Assembly (NCBI GenBank): GCA_963701645.1
Contig: OY969616.1
Location: 502,463-566,462, forward strand
Origin: an uncultured bacterium
GTDB lineage: Bacteria > Babelota > Babeliae > Babelales > Vermiphilaceae
Direction of reading: 5' to 3'
DNA: 64,000 bases
This document shows, one piece after another, positions 1 to 8,685 of this stretch. The first letter of the stretch is position 1. Each line of letters begins with the position of its first letter. The notes beneath the pieces were generated by a model, which saw only the letters and a list, made by a program, of their open reading frames with translations, did no database searches and was not told the DNA's origin. Both the position numbers and the translations under genes were made by a program.

Positions 1-92
1 TGTGCTACTTTGCCAAAGAAACTCATGGCATGTACTGGAACTGCCGGTATAATGAGGGCAAAGATCATTGTTATTTTTATTACGTTTTTCAT
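1..92 (-). CDS. 5' end of a signal-peptide protein gene that runs off the window (partial)
   Basis: Minus-strand ATG at 90-92. AGGAG (CTCCT at 98-102 on +) lies 5 nt upstream. The translation MKNVIKITMIFALIIPAVPVHAMSFFGKVA looks like a signal peptide. The frame is open to the window edge. Confidence 0.5.
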   Translation of the reverse strand, partial: MKNVIKITMIFALIIPAVPVHAMSFFGKVA

Positions 93-199
93 AAACACTC
101 CTTTTTAAGATATTTCAACTATAATTATCGATTATATCAGTAATAAAAATAATGTCAAGTAGAAATATTTATAAAAGATAGGGGAGGTTTTTTGCTAAA

Positions 200-581
200 A
201 AGGAGCTACTAGAGCATTATTCTTCGACTCCGCCTAAGAGGCTACACGAAGGATGTATAGCATAAAACAGTTGTAATTTCCCGCAAAATCATCCTTATTT
301 TGCGATTATCCCCTTCCCCCGTTCGTCCTGAGCTTGAGTATCCTTTGCTCCGCCTGGAAGGCTTAATATCCTTCCACTCCGTCCCCGAAGGACTCCGTTG
401 AAGGATGTAGAAGAAGGGAAAGATAATTATACCTTTTTCTTTTCCCCTGAAACTCCATGAGGAACGAATGGAGTTAAAAAAACATGATCTTTTCTTTTCC
501 TCTGAGGCTCCACGAAGGATGAGTGGAGTTAAAAGAAAATACGATCTTTTCCTGTTCCCTGAGCTTCTACAAAGTATTTTT
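200..581. repeat. Array of degenerate ~55-nt hairpin-containing (REP/RPE-like) repeat units
   Basis: Repeated cores GAGGCTCCAyGArGrAnGArTGGAG have 5-8 bp inverted arms, e.g. AACTCCAT..ATGGAGTT at 451-475 and CTCCAC..GTGGAG at 508-528. They are flanked by TGATCTTTTCTTTTCC-type tracts. Related units lie at 225-260 and 340-420. The 132-aa ORF at 242..640 is made of these repeats. Confidence 0.75.
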
Positions 582-3500
582 TTACCCCAATGCGACAATT
601 CCGCTATCCGTTCCTGCGCATACAAGTCCTGATGCGCCAACTGCCTGAGCCCAGAAGAAACGGTTGACTGAGTTAAAGGTTGGATTAGTCAGGGGTGCTA
701 TTGTTGTAACGCCAGCAGCGATTGTATTGTAGGGAAATACGGCGAGTTGTGTTTCAAAGTAGGGGGTGCTGAACTGATCGAGAGTGAAAAAGCGGCGGGC
801 GCCATCGGTCCAAAAATTAATGATGGGATCAAGCGTTGTAATGGCAGGATTGTTGCTGTTAAACGGTTCGGGCAAAAAAGGACTGAAAGCAGAGTCGGTT
901 CCGGTGTCATTTCCACTGCCACTTATTTGGTGAATTGAGCTACGATCAAATGTTTTGAAATTGTTGGCATCATCAATGCTTGCAGGCCACACCGTGTGTT
1001 GAACCGGTGTTTCAATACCAGAAACAGCAGAATAGGCAACGGGAGTTGGTGTAACAACAAGTTGCCAGTCCGCAGCATCTTGATCACCCGCCGTTGTAAT
1101 GCCCAAAATAGCATCGGGATTTTCATCAGGGTCTTGATTTGCCTGCGATACAAAAAGTCCCTGATTTGTGGCGAGTATTATTTGCTCCCGCTGAAATTGC
1201 GTTTGATCTGTTGTAATAGTTGCTTCTTGTCCTGTGGCGACAATGCGCATACCAAAAAAAGTAGAGACATCTTCAAAAACGCCAACGCCGCTTTGTGCGA
1301 TGATATCGAGATTATCAGGAGCAAAAAGTTCTGCAACAGTGTCGTTGCCGATTATGCCAAGATTATAAAGTGAGTAGGTGATAGTTTGATCTTTTTGTGG
1401 TTGTGCCATTAAAATATAAAGATTGTTTCCATTGCATTGGATATCGATTGGTGTTCCGGGCAGTGCCGTGCTTGAAATTTTTTGCCACGATCCTGATGTG
1501 AATGGAGGAGCATTGAGTAATCTAAGTTGATCAGCGCTAAATCCACCACCTGCTGCATTAGCAAAGGCAAAAAGTCCATTTTGTGCAGCGGCAAAAAAGT
1601 AGTTTATGTTGCCAAGAGGGACGCCGGCAAGGTTTTGAAGCGGTTGTCGACTATATTCAAGAGCAAGTATGGGGCCAGCAGTTGGCAAAGAGGTGGTAAG
1701 AAAATTTTCAGCATTATTAAAATTAACCGTAACAGTGTCAGGTCCCGTCTCATTTGCTGTGCTGATGAGCGTGAATACAATGATATTGCTGCCGCCAAAC
1801 AGGGCATAGCGGCTGGCAGTTTCCTGCAGGCCACGCGTTGCGCCATCTAAATCAAGCATGCAGTAGCACCCATTAACAAGAACTTTTGACACTTGTGTGA
1901 CCAAATCAGGTGAATACACTTGTTCAATGGTACCAGTATTAGGATTGAGTGCTTGTATTACTTGAGGGCCAATCCAGCTACTGACACCGACAAACATGCT
2001 TGTTTCACCATCTACCATAAAAAGATTTCCTGTTGCTGTATCAACGGCAAAAAATCCGACTGTCGCAAGAGTTGCTGTTGTCTGCTCAAAGGCATCTTGT
2101 GGCGTTGCACGAAGTGCCCAGGGTGTCCAGCGAGCAATTTTTCCATCACTACCAAAAAGAGCTTGTGAGAAAAAGACACCTGCATCTGTTGTTCCACCGG
2201 GAGCGACATACACGGTGTCTCCAACGACCGACATTTGATTGATAATATCATCGCTATTTTGTAAGGGAAAAGTTCCTGCACCAACCTGCGCTTCTATGCT
2301 GTTGGTATTGAACAGATCATTGGCTGTTGCTGGTGGTGTTTGAAAAACGCCATCAATAAGCGGTGCATTAACGTTTGCAAGTGAGCCATTGCCGGGTTCG
2401 CCGGGATTGTCAATAAGGGGAAATGCAAAAAAATCATCGTTAACCATATTTGTTGGAAATGCATTGCCGTTGACAATTAAATAACTTAAACCAGTGCTTG
2501 TGTGCATGACAGCGACACTCTTTATGGTTATTGATTGCATTGATCCCTGTGCAAAAAGGACATAATCGGTACCTGCGCTCATTGTTTCAAGAACGGCATC
2601 ATCTACAATCGGGACAAGTTCAAGTCTACCTTCTTGATCGGGTTCGCTGAATGTTACGATGGCCGCTCCCTTGCCAATGTCTGTCGAAGCGGTGCCGGTT
2701 AAAATACGGACGCCGATATATGCCTGAGCAAGATTGCTGTCCCAAAAAAGCGCAAGTTGATTGACATCTTCTGCAACAGTAGAAAAACTTACATTGCTGC
2801 TTCCTGCCGTTCTTAATACTTCGCTTTGACTATTAAAAAGAAGAGCAGCGCCACCCTCTGCTTCTATAGGTAGACCCGTTTCTGCATTAAGGGGCGTTAT
2901 GGTAATCTCATTCGTTGCTTGTGAAACCTGAGCCAATGCTATGCCGCTTGTGCTGTCGCCAATACCAAAAGCTTCTGGCATCCCTGCACTTGATCCGCGC
3001 ACTGCAGCTAATGCATATGTATTTGTTGCCGTAAGGGCGACAATACCCGGGGTTGGTTCTGCGCCAGTACTGTCATTGAGGGGTGCTGCGGCGCTGACCA
3101 AAAAACCCGTTTCATTTGTTCCCACTAAAGAGGTGCCAGAAAATGCTTCCGCTCCTGCGGGAACAAGAACGATTGTTGCAAAGTTTTGTGTTGTTGGTGC
3201 TGAAAGTGCTAAAAAATCAATACCAATATTAGTAATAATAGAATCCTCGCCTGCAATGGGAATAAAGCTTTGAGGTGAGGTATAAAATGGCCGATCTGCC
3301 CGTGAAAGAGCGTACTCTGCAGCCCCGGTGGTTAGGCCAACAAAAAATGAACCACTGGCTTGATCATAGAGCGTTGCGGTGATGGGTACCGTAAAACCAA
3401 AAGGGGCAGTTGTACTATCGCCCCGAATAATAACAACGCCATGGACTATAATGGTAAAACAAAAAAAAGAGAGCACGCCAGAATAAAAAATTTTTTTCAT
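582..3500 (-). CDS. Large secreted/surface protein (972 aa), Thr/Ala/Gly/Ser-rich, unknown function
   Basis: Long ORF with AAGGAG 4 nt upstream of the ATG at 3498-3500. Signal peptide MKKIFYSGVLSFFCFTIIVHG. It lies 30 nt downstream of the barrel gene 3531-4802 on the same strand. I recognise no catalytic motif. Confidence 0.85.
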   Translation of the reverse strand: MKKIFYSGVLSFFCFTIIVHGVVIIRGDSTTAPFGFTVPITATLYDQASGSFFVGLTTGAAEYALSRADRPFYTSPQSFIPIAGEDSIITNIGIDFLALSAPTTQNFATIVLVPAGAEAFSGTSLVGTNETGFLVSAAAPLNDSTGAEPTPGIVALTATNTYALAAVRGSSAGMPEAFGIGDSTSGIALAQVSQATNEITITPLNAETGLPIEAEGGAALLFNSQSEVLRTAGSSNVSFSTVAEDVNQLALFWDSNLAQAYIGVRILTGTASTDIGKGAAIVTFSEPDQEGRLELVPIVDDAVLETMSAGTDYVLFAQGSMQSITIKSVAVMHTSTGLSYLIVNGNAFPTNMVNDDFFAFPLIDNPGEPGNGSLANVNAPLIDGVFQTPPATANDLFNTNSIEAQVGAGTFPLQNSDDIINQMSVVGDTVYVAPGGTTDAGVFFSQALFGSDGKIARWTPWALRATPQDAFEQTTATLATVGFFAVDTATGNLFMVDGETSMFVGVSSWIGPQVIQALNPNTGTIEQVYSPDLVTQVSKVLVNGCYCMLDLDGATRGLQETASRYALFGGSNIIVFTLISTANETGPDTVTVNFNNAENFLTTSLPTAGPILALEYSRQPLQNLAGVPLGNINYFFAAAQNGLFAFANAAGGGFSADQLRLLNAPPFTSGSWQKISSTALPGTPIDIQCNGNNLYILMAQPQKDQTITYSLYNLGIIGNDTVAELFAPDNLDIIAQSGVGVFEDVSTFFGMRIVATGQEATITTDQTQFQREQIILATNQGLFVSQANQDPDENPDAILGITTAGDQDAADWQLVVTPTPVAYSAVSGIETPVQHTVWPASIDDANNFKTFDRSSIHQISGSGNDTGTDSAFSPFLPEPFNSNNPAITTLDPIINFWTDGARRFFTLDQFSTPYFETQLAVFPYNTIAAGVTTIAPLTNPTFNSVNRFFWAQAVGASGLVCAGTDSGIVALG

Positions 3501-3530
3501 ACTACTCCTTGTATTTTTTTACTGCATATT

Positions 3531-4802
3531 TCAGCAGCGCCAGACAATATCAAAACCGAAACTGAGGCCCCCGACGCTCGTCTTATACGTTCTTTTTCCT
3601 GAAACTTGCGCATTGACAAATAAACCGGCGCGTGGTCCGTAGAGCCGTTCCTCAGTGGCAAAATCGTAATCAGCAAACAGATGTACCACTTGCATTTGAA
3701 AACCGCGGAGCTCTTCATCATTATTAATAATTGCATAGGGGAAAACAATGGGCTGTTGTGCATCAAGGTTTGTTCTATTTTGTGATGCAAATGAGTATCC
3801 AAAACCGCACGAAAGTCCGCAAACAACATGATCAGCTTTAAAGTAGCCACCGGCATGCCAGACAATACCTTCATGGACCTTTGCCTCTCCTGTTGCAAGT
3901 TTGATAATACCTTGTTGCCGAGAACTTGTTTTCATGCGAATTGTTTGTGTGCGTGGCAGGAAGAATATCACTTCTCCATAACCACCAATGGTGATCCAGT
4001 CACACGTTCCCAGTGAACATGCGGCACTCAGGGGAAAGCCCCAATGTTTATTATACCCAAATGGGAGAGATAATAGTTCAGTTTTATTTTTTGCTTTTCC
4101 TGTTGGTGCCAGAATGCCCATTTTAAAAGTGATGTCGATAAAATCAAGAACTTCTGATTCTTGGTAATTTGAGGTCCAGCCTAGGTACAAAGTTAAATCG
4201 CCCACACCAGTTTGTGTAACATTATTGCTCGTCAGGCCATATCGTTGCAATATCGCATTAAAAGAGCCGACAAACTGTTGCCAGATAAACGTGTTTTTGT
4301 TTGGATAGATGTCATCATTCGGTGACAGATCAGTAAAAACAGCATCGGTTGTTGAAAATCTTCGCACCGGTAAATGGGCATTGAAAAAAAATCCACGACA
4401 AAAATTTTGGTACAGCTGCATATTGAGCTCAAGAATAGAAAATTTTCCTGCGACGGAAAATGTACCAAACGTGCTTCGTCCTGGTACTCGTGACAGTTCA
4501 ATCAAAATAAGATCAAGGGGATTGGCAACAGTTTTATTTGGTACACCAATGCCGATATCCTGCGCTCGCGTGGTGCCAAATGTGTCTAGGAGTGGAACAG
4601 TATGCCGATGATCATTGCTCCCATGTTTTGTCCGTCCACCGCCAAACGTGGCGTCAAAAGAAAAGAGCCAGTCTTTTTCAAGGCGCGGTTCAGGGAAAAA
4701 ATTGGTTGCACGGTAAAAGTGAGGGTTATCATAGCAGTGCTGAATCGTCGGAAAAATGAACAAAACCAGAGCGAGTAAACGGCTGACATATATGCGGTTC
4801 AT
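3531..4802 (-). CDS. Outer-membrane beta-barrel (porin-like) protein, a divergent member of the 45969-53447 family
   Basis: ORF 3531..4817 trimmed to the ATG at 4800-4802, which has GAGGA 5 nt upstream. Hydrophobic signal peptide. Shares the motif LAPTGKxxNK...NKHWGF with the porin-like paralogs (ALAPTGKRPN...GKHWELG). The C-terminal end FGFDIVWRC is rich in aromatic residues. Confidence 0.8.
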   Translation of the reverse strand: MNRIYVSRLLALVLFIFPTIQHCYDNPHFYRATNFFPEPRLEKDWLFSFDATFGGGRTKHGSNDHRHTVPLLDTFGTTRAQDIGIGVPNKTVANPLDLILIELSRVPGRSTFGTFSVAGKFSILELNMQLYQNFCRGFFFNAHLPVRRFSTTDAVFTDLSPNDDIYPNKNTFIWQQFVGSFNAILQRYGLTSNNVTQTGVGDLTLYLGWTSNYQESEVLDFIDITFKMGILAPTGKAKNKTELLSLPFGYNKHWGFPLSAACSLGTCDWITIGGYGEVIFFLPRTQTIRMKTSSRQQGIIKLATGEAKVHEGIVWHAGGYFKADHVVCGLSCGFGYSFASQNRTNLDAQQPIVFPYAIINNDEELRGFQMQVVHLFADYDFATEERLYGPRAGLFVNAQVSGKRTYKTSVGGLSFGFDIVWRC

Positions 4803-4904
4803 AACAATCCTCAACATCCTCGTATTCTAAAACAGTGTCTGTGTATAGATATAGAAAAAATATGCGTAAAAGAAAAGGAAAATGTGTGAAAAAAGATACT
4901 CTTC

Positions 4905-4932
4905 TTGCTCATTTCATGCTTTTTGGTATACT
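4905..4932 (+). promoter_or_regulatory. Putative sigma70-type promoter for grpE (TTGCTC-16-TATACT)
   Basis: -35 TTGCTC at 4905-4910 and -10 TATACT at 4927-4932, 52 nt before the grpE ATG. No CIRCE inverted repeat is present. Confidence 0.35.
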
Positions 4933-4983
4933 TAATTTTTTATAAGTTAAAGTAAAATTGATGATTTTAAAGAGGTTTTTCCA

Positions 4984-5499
4984 ATGAATAATGATAGAGA
5001 AAATGAAAACAGGGAAGATATCCTATCAGACATGACTGAACAAGAACAAGATGATTGTTGTCAGATGCTTGATGAGTGGAAAGAAAAATGTATTCGCATG
5101 AGCGCTGATTTTGAAAATTTCAAGCGGCGAGCAATGAAGGACGAAGAGTTTTCTCGCTATGCGTATCAGGCCCTTATTTTTAAAGAGTGCATAAAAATTG
5201 CTGACAATTTTGATCGTGCATTTAAACAGATGGAAACAACACCAGTAACGGGAACAAGCAGTTCATGGCTGGAAGGTTTTTTACTGATTCGCAAATCATT
5301 TGACACGATGTTGTCTCAATTTGGTGTAGAACCCATGAATAATTATGATCTTTTTGACCCGTTGTACCATGAAGCGATTATGCAGGTATCGACTGATGTT
5401 CATGAAGCAGGTTCGATTGTCGAAGTTTTAGAAAAAGGGTATTTTTTACAGGGTAAAGTGTTGCGACCAGCAAAAGTGAGTATTGCCGTGAAGGCGTGA
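4984..5499 (+). CDS. grpE: Nucleotide exchange factor GrpE
   Basis: 171 aa with the GrpE hallmark SADFENFKRR and a C-terminal beta-domain-like GYxLxGKVLRPAKV. Confidence 0.9.
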   Translation: MNNDRENENREDILSDMTEQEQDDCCQMLDEWKEKCIRMSADFENFKRRAMKDEEFSRYAYQALIFKECIKIADNFDRAFKQMETTPVTGTSSSWLEGFLLIRKSFDTMLSQFGVEPMNNYDLFDPLYHEAIMQVSTDVHEAGSIVEVLEKGYFLQGKVLRPAKVSIAVKA

Positions 5500-5539
5500 A
5501 AATAAGAAAACAAAATTTCAATGTACAGAAAGGCGTTAC

Positions 5540-6433
5540 ATGAATCTATCACGAGTTTTTTGTGTTTCTGTTGTAATATTGATGATTCCTCAAGAAATGT
5601 ATGGGATGCTTCCATTAGTGCAATTTTTTGCTTCAGGTGCAGGAAGAAAAATTGAAGAAGCAAGCTTTAAGTGTATAACAAAACAAGAGATTAAAGTGTC
5701 TGATAGGCTTGCCAAGAAGTTTATTAATTTTTCAGATCATGCAGAGATTTTACGCTCGTTTCCTGCAGACCATGATAGATTATGCTGGCTATGCCGAGAA
5801 GATGCGACACAGTTTTCCACTCGAAAAGAGATGCGAGAAGGTTTTTTGCAGCACGCTGAAAAATATGGATTAAGAGATACTATTTCTGTGCAATCATTTG
5901 ATGCTGCATATGGGGCCATGCAGGGGGATTTTCTAGAAAGGACGTATGGGACGTACGGAATAATATTGGAGAAGAATGGGGGCCCTTTATATGATGGTTC
6001 CACAGGAGCTGTTATGTTGGCAATGTTGCGCGGTGTTCGAAAAAATTATTTTTATGGGAGAGAAGAAAAAAAGAAATTTATTGGACCCGTGTTGAGCAAT
6101 AAAGAATTACAGAAAAAGTCAGGTAGGGAGATTCGTGAATTTTGCAAAACCGTTCTTACGCTTGGCATAGAAGGAAATGAAAAGGATTGCGAGTCCATGA
6201 TTATAGAAATCATTAATGGGAATGGAAATTTTGATGTAACGACGGCAATAGTAGAATATTTACAGGAACAGAAAAACATGTACGCAAACCGGGTTCTGGG
6301 CAGGTGTTTGAATGTGGCCGAGCAGAAAAAAAATAAGCGCATCTTTGACCTTCTTACAAAACCAATAGTAAAAAAAGAAGAGATATTGTTTCCAGAAGCT
6401 GTTGCCAACAAAAGTGGTAAAGCTATACAATAA
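5540..6433 (+). CDS. Secreted hypothetical protein, tandem paralog A
   Basis: Signal peptide MNLSRVFCVSVVILMIPQEMYGM. Clearly paralogous to 6469-7431, sharing YMLAM..GV, KKFIGP(V/I)L and CKTVLxLGIE-type blocks. Confidence 0.8.
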   Translation: MNLSRVFCVSVVILMIPQEMYGMLPLVQFFASGAGRKIEEASFKCITKQEIKVSDRLAKKFINFSDHAEILRSFPADHDRLCWLCREDATQFSTRKEMREGFLQHAEKYGLRDTISVQSFDAAYGAMQGDFLERTYGTYGIILEKNGGPLYDGSTGAVMLAMLRGVRKNYFYGREEKKKFIGPVLSNKELQKKSGREIREFCKTVLTLGIEGNEKDCESMIIEIINGNGNFDVTTAIVEYLQEQKNMYANRVLGRCLNVAEQKKNKRIFDLLTKPIVKKEEILFPEAVANKSGKAIQ

Positions 6434-6468
6434 GAACAAATTTTTTTTAACGGTATAAAGGTATTTGA

Positions 6469-7431
6469 ATGAAAAGTTTACGAGTTTTTTGTGCTGCTGT
6501 TTTATCATTCATGATGTTTCAAGAAATGTATGGTATGCGCATAGTAAAAGATGTACTAAAGGTGTTATCAAAAGTTAGAGATATAGTTGGAGATATAAAA
6601 CTCAACGTAAAAGAAGTTAGAGATCTAGTTGGAGATATAAAACTCAACAGGCAACTTAAAACCTATCATTGGAATATGGTGATTGAGCATAAAAAAATTC
6701 TACAAAGATTTCCGTGGTATCATGATGTTTTGTGTAAATCGTGCAATGAAGATGCGGCGATTTTTTTTGAGCGTCAAAATATGCTGAGAAATGCTCAAGA
6801 AAATAAAAAATGGTTGCAGGGTCTTTATGCACCCGATTCGAAATTGCTTTTCAGGTATACTTCTGCATTAGATACAATACAAGGCCGAAATAGAAATGCT
6901 TTGTTTGACGGTTCTCTGGACCCTTACATGCTTGCCATGATCGAAGGTGTTATGGGGAATGATAAGTATACTAAAAAAGAAAAAGAAGCATTTATTGGCC
7001 CCATATTGACTGATGAATCATTTCAAGAAAATAAAGAAAATAATGACGGTAAAGATATATATGCATTCAGTAAAAAAGTTCTTGAGCTTGGCATAGAGGT
7101 AGATAGGTTAAGCTTTGAGAAGGCATTTAGTTTGGCAATTAAACACAATAATATTTTTACCGCTGAAGCAATAATAAAACATTTATTATCAGTCATGAAA
7201 GAAAGGCAGGAATTTTGGCAAAAACATTTGTTGGCACGCTATGTAGTAGAAACGGCTATGAAAAAAAATGAAAAAATGGCAGCCGTATTTTTTGATTGTA
7301 GAGTAGAAAATCCCACTGGCCAGGGTGATGGAAATTATCCATGGTTAAAAGAACAAGAGGAAAAAGCAATTATAAGGGCAGCGAAATGTATTGAGGAAAA
7401 ACAACTGGGCGGTCTGATAGACAATTTTTAA
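6469..7431 (+). CDS. Secreted hypothetical protein, tandem paralog B
   Basis: Signal peptide MKSLRVFCAAVLSFMMFQEMYGM. Paralog of 5540-6433. The conserved 5' coding DNA ACGAGTTTTTTGTG occurs in both. Confidence 0.8.
   Translation: MKSLRVFCAAVLSFMMFQEMYGMRIVKDVLKVLSKVRDIVGDIKLNVKEVRDLVGDIKLNRQLKTYHWNMVIEHKKILQRFPWYHDVLCKSCNEDAAIFFERQNMLRNAQENKKWLQGLYAPDSKLLFRYTSALDTIQGRNRNALFDGSLDPYMLAMIEGVMGNDKYTKKEKEAFIGPILTDESFQENKENNDGKDIYAFSKKVLELGIEVDRLSFEKAFSLAIKHNNIFTAEAIIKHLLSVMKERQEFWQKHLLARYVVETAMKKNEKMAAVFFDCRVENPTGQGDGNYPWLKEQEEKAIIRAAKCIEEKQLGGLIDNF
6574..6648 (+). repeat. Two copies of a 42-nt in-frame tandem repeat (VRDxVGDIKLN)
   Basis: GTTAGAGATATAGTTGGAGATATAAAACTCAAC at 6574-6606 and GTTAGAGATCTAGTTGGAGATATAAAACTCAAC at 6616-6648. 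Confidence 0.85.
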
Positions 7432-7440
7432 TCCTTCAAT

Positions 7441-7505
7441 TGCTCCGTCTCTTCGAGGCTCCATGAGGAACGAATGGAGATAAAGAATGAGTGGAGTGAA
7501 AAGGA
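7441..7505. repeat. REP/RPE-like hairpin repeat copy
   Basis: GCTCCGTCTCTTCGAGGCTCCATGAGGAACGAATGGAG with the hairpin CTCCAT..ATGGAG at 7459-7479, followed by GAATGAGTGGAG. Same family as 200-581. Confidence 0.7.
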
Positions 7506-7624
7506 TGCAAGCAAAAATTTTGAATAAGATTTAAGTTGCATTAATTATGATAAAATTTTTACAGAAAAAAGATTTGGTAAAGAAATTATGGTGAATCCCA
7601 TGCAACTTATCTTTATTTTGAATA

Positions 7625-7700
7625 TCATGCCCGTATCCTTCGACCCTTCGACAAGCTCAGGACAGGCTCTTGCTCAGGACGAACGGGGGGAGGGGAAACA
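7625..7700. repeat. Second repeat type (CCTTCGAC / GCTCAGGAC units), inverted relative to 311-333
   Basis: GCTCAGGACGAACGGGGG at 7672-7689 is the exact reverse complement of 316-333. CCTTCGAC and GCTCAGGAC are each duplicated internally. Confidence 0.7.
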
Positions 7701-7774
7701 TGGTAAGTAGAGGGGAGAAGTTCTTGAGGAGAAAGTCAACATAATGCAAACCGGTAATTCCCAATTGTTTTATG

Positions 7775-8683
7775 CTATATTTTCCATGCAAAGTCGAAAG
7801 CGACAACAAAGTTTGTTTTCCGTTGTATGCCGTTGACATGTTGAGTAATGGGAACACCAAAGCCGGCCTGTGCGATAAAATGTTCTGAAGAAAACCAGAC
7901 TGAAGGTGCAGCAAAAAAAATGTTGCCGCCGGTATTGACGTCAATGACGCCTTTGAGAGTTTCTCGTTGTGTAAATATTCCGTGCAACTCAAGCATAAAT
8001 GCGGTAATCCAGCCCGGTATAAAATTAACGCAATATTCAACGCCAAATTGATACAGAAATTGATTGCCAAGCTTTGATTGTTTGTGAGATGTGGTGAGCA
8101 GTGTGCCTTGAGAGGTGAAAATGTACCAATCTATGGTACCATAGCTCAGCGTCGCACCAACAAAAACAGTCATACCTCCAAAGCCCGTAGGAGGGTTTTT
8201 TGATAATGATCCACTGGGAAATCCAACGTTGATGACTATGGTTCCTTCTGCTGCAGTGGTGAGAGTATTTTTTCCGTAAAATGCCCATTCAGCTTGGACG
8301 GAAATATCTGCAATGCCAGCCGATTTGTCAGAGTCAAGCTTATAGTGGACGGCAATAGGAAAATTGACGAGCAGAGAAAATTCGTCACTGACGGCATATA
8401 AAATGCTTGGTATAAAGTCAGAATAATTTTTTTGTGGGCCGATGGTGCTCACCAGATATGCAAAAAATTGTAAGTCATTTTTATCAAGAATATTTTGGCC
8501 AAAAGCAAAAAGCGGCCCTGGCTGTTGAGAGGCCGGCAGTGCAAAGTTGCCCAGAGGTAATTGCGTAACAGATTCTTTTTCTTCAACATATTCTTTTGCT
8601 GCACTACAACCAAAAAAAAGGATACTGAAGAGACAAAAATAGAGTGGTAATTTTTTTTGCCCGCTGATGTATTGTATTTGCAT
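7775..8683 (-). CDS. Putative outer-membrane beta-barrel / lipoprotein-signal protein (302 aa)
   Basis: N-terminal signal with Cys (FSILFFGCSAAKE). Alternating hydrophobic pattern. C-terminal VVAFDFAWKI. Starts 2 nt after the stop of 8686-9774. Confidence 0.75.
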   Translation of the reverse strand: MQIQYISGQKKLPLYFCLFSILFFGCSAAKEYVEEKESVTQLPLGNFALPASQQPGPLFAFGQNILDKNDLQFFAYLVSTIGPQKNYSDFIPSILYAVSDEFSLLVNFPIAVHYKLDSDKSAGIADISVQAEWAFYGKNTLTTAAEGTIVINVGFPSGSLSKNPPTGFGGMTVFVGATLSYGTIDWYIFTSQGTLLTTSHKQSKLGNQFLYQFGVEYCVNFIPGWITAFMLELHGIFTQRETLKGVIDVNTGGNIFFAAPSVWFSSEHFIAQAGFGVPITQHVNGIQRKTNFVVAFDFAWKI

Positions 8684-8685
8684 GG

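Noticed and set aside
200-581. Possible CRISPR array
   Set aside because: The units are degenerate and contiguous, with no unique spacers of regular length. There are no cas genes in the window, and copies occur singly elsewhere.
242-640. 132-aa minus-strand ORF in the track
   Set aside because: It is composed almost entirely of the hairpin repeat units (it reads ...SSGRTGEGDN..., RSSWSFRGKEK...). It overlaps the 3' end of the 972-aa gene and has no RBS. It is a repeat-generated spurious ORF.
4803-4983. CIRCE/HrcA operator or sigma32 promoter upstream of grpE
   Set aside because: There is no TTAGCACTC-N9-GAGTGCTAA-like inverted repeat. The only promoter-like element is sigma70-like.
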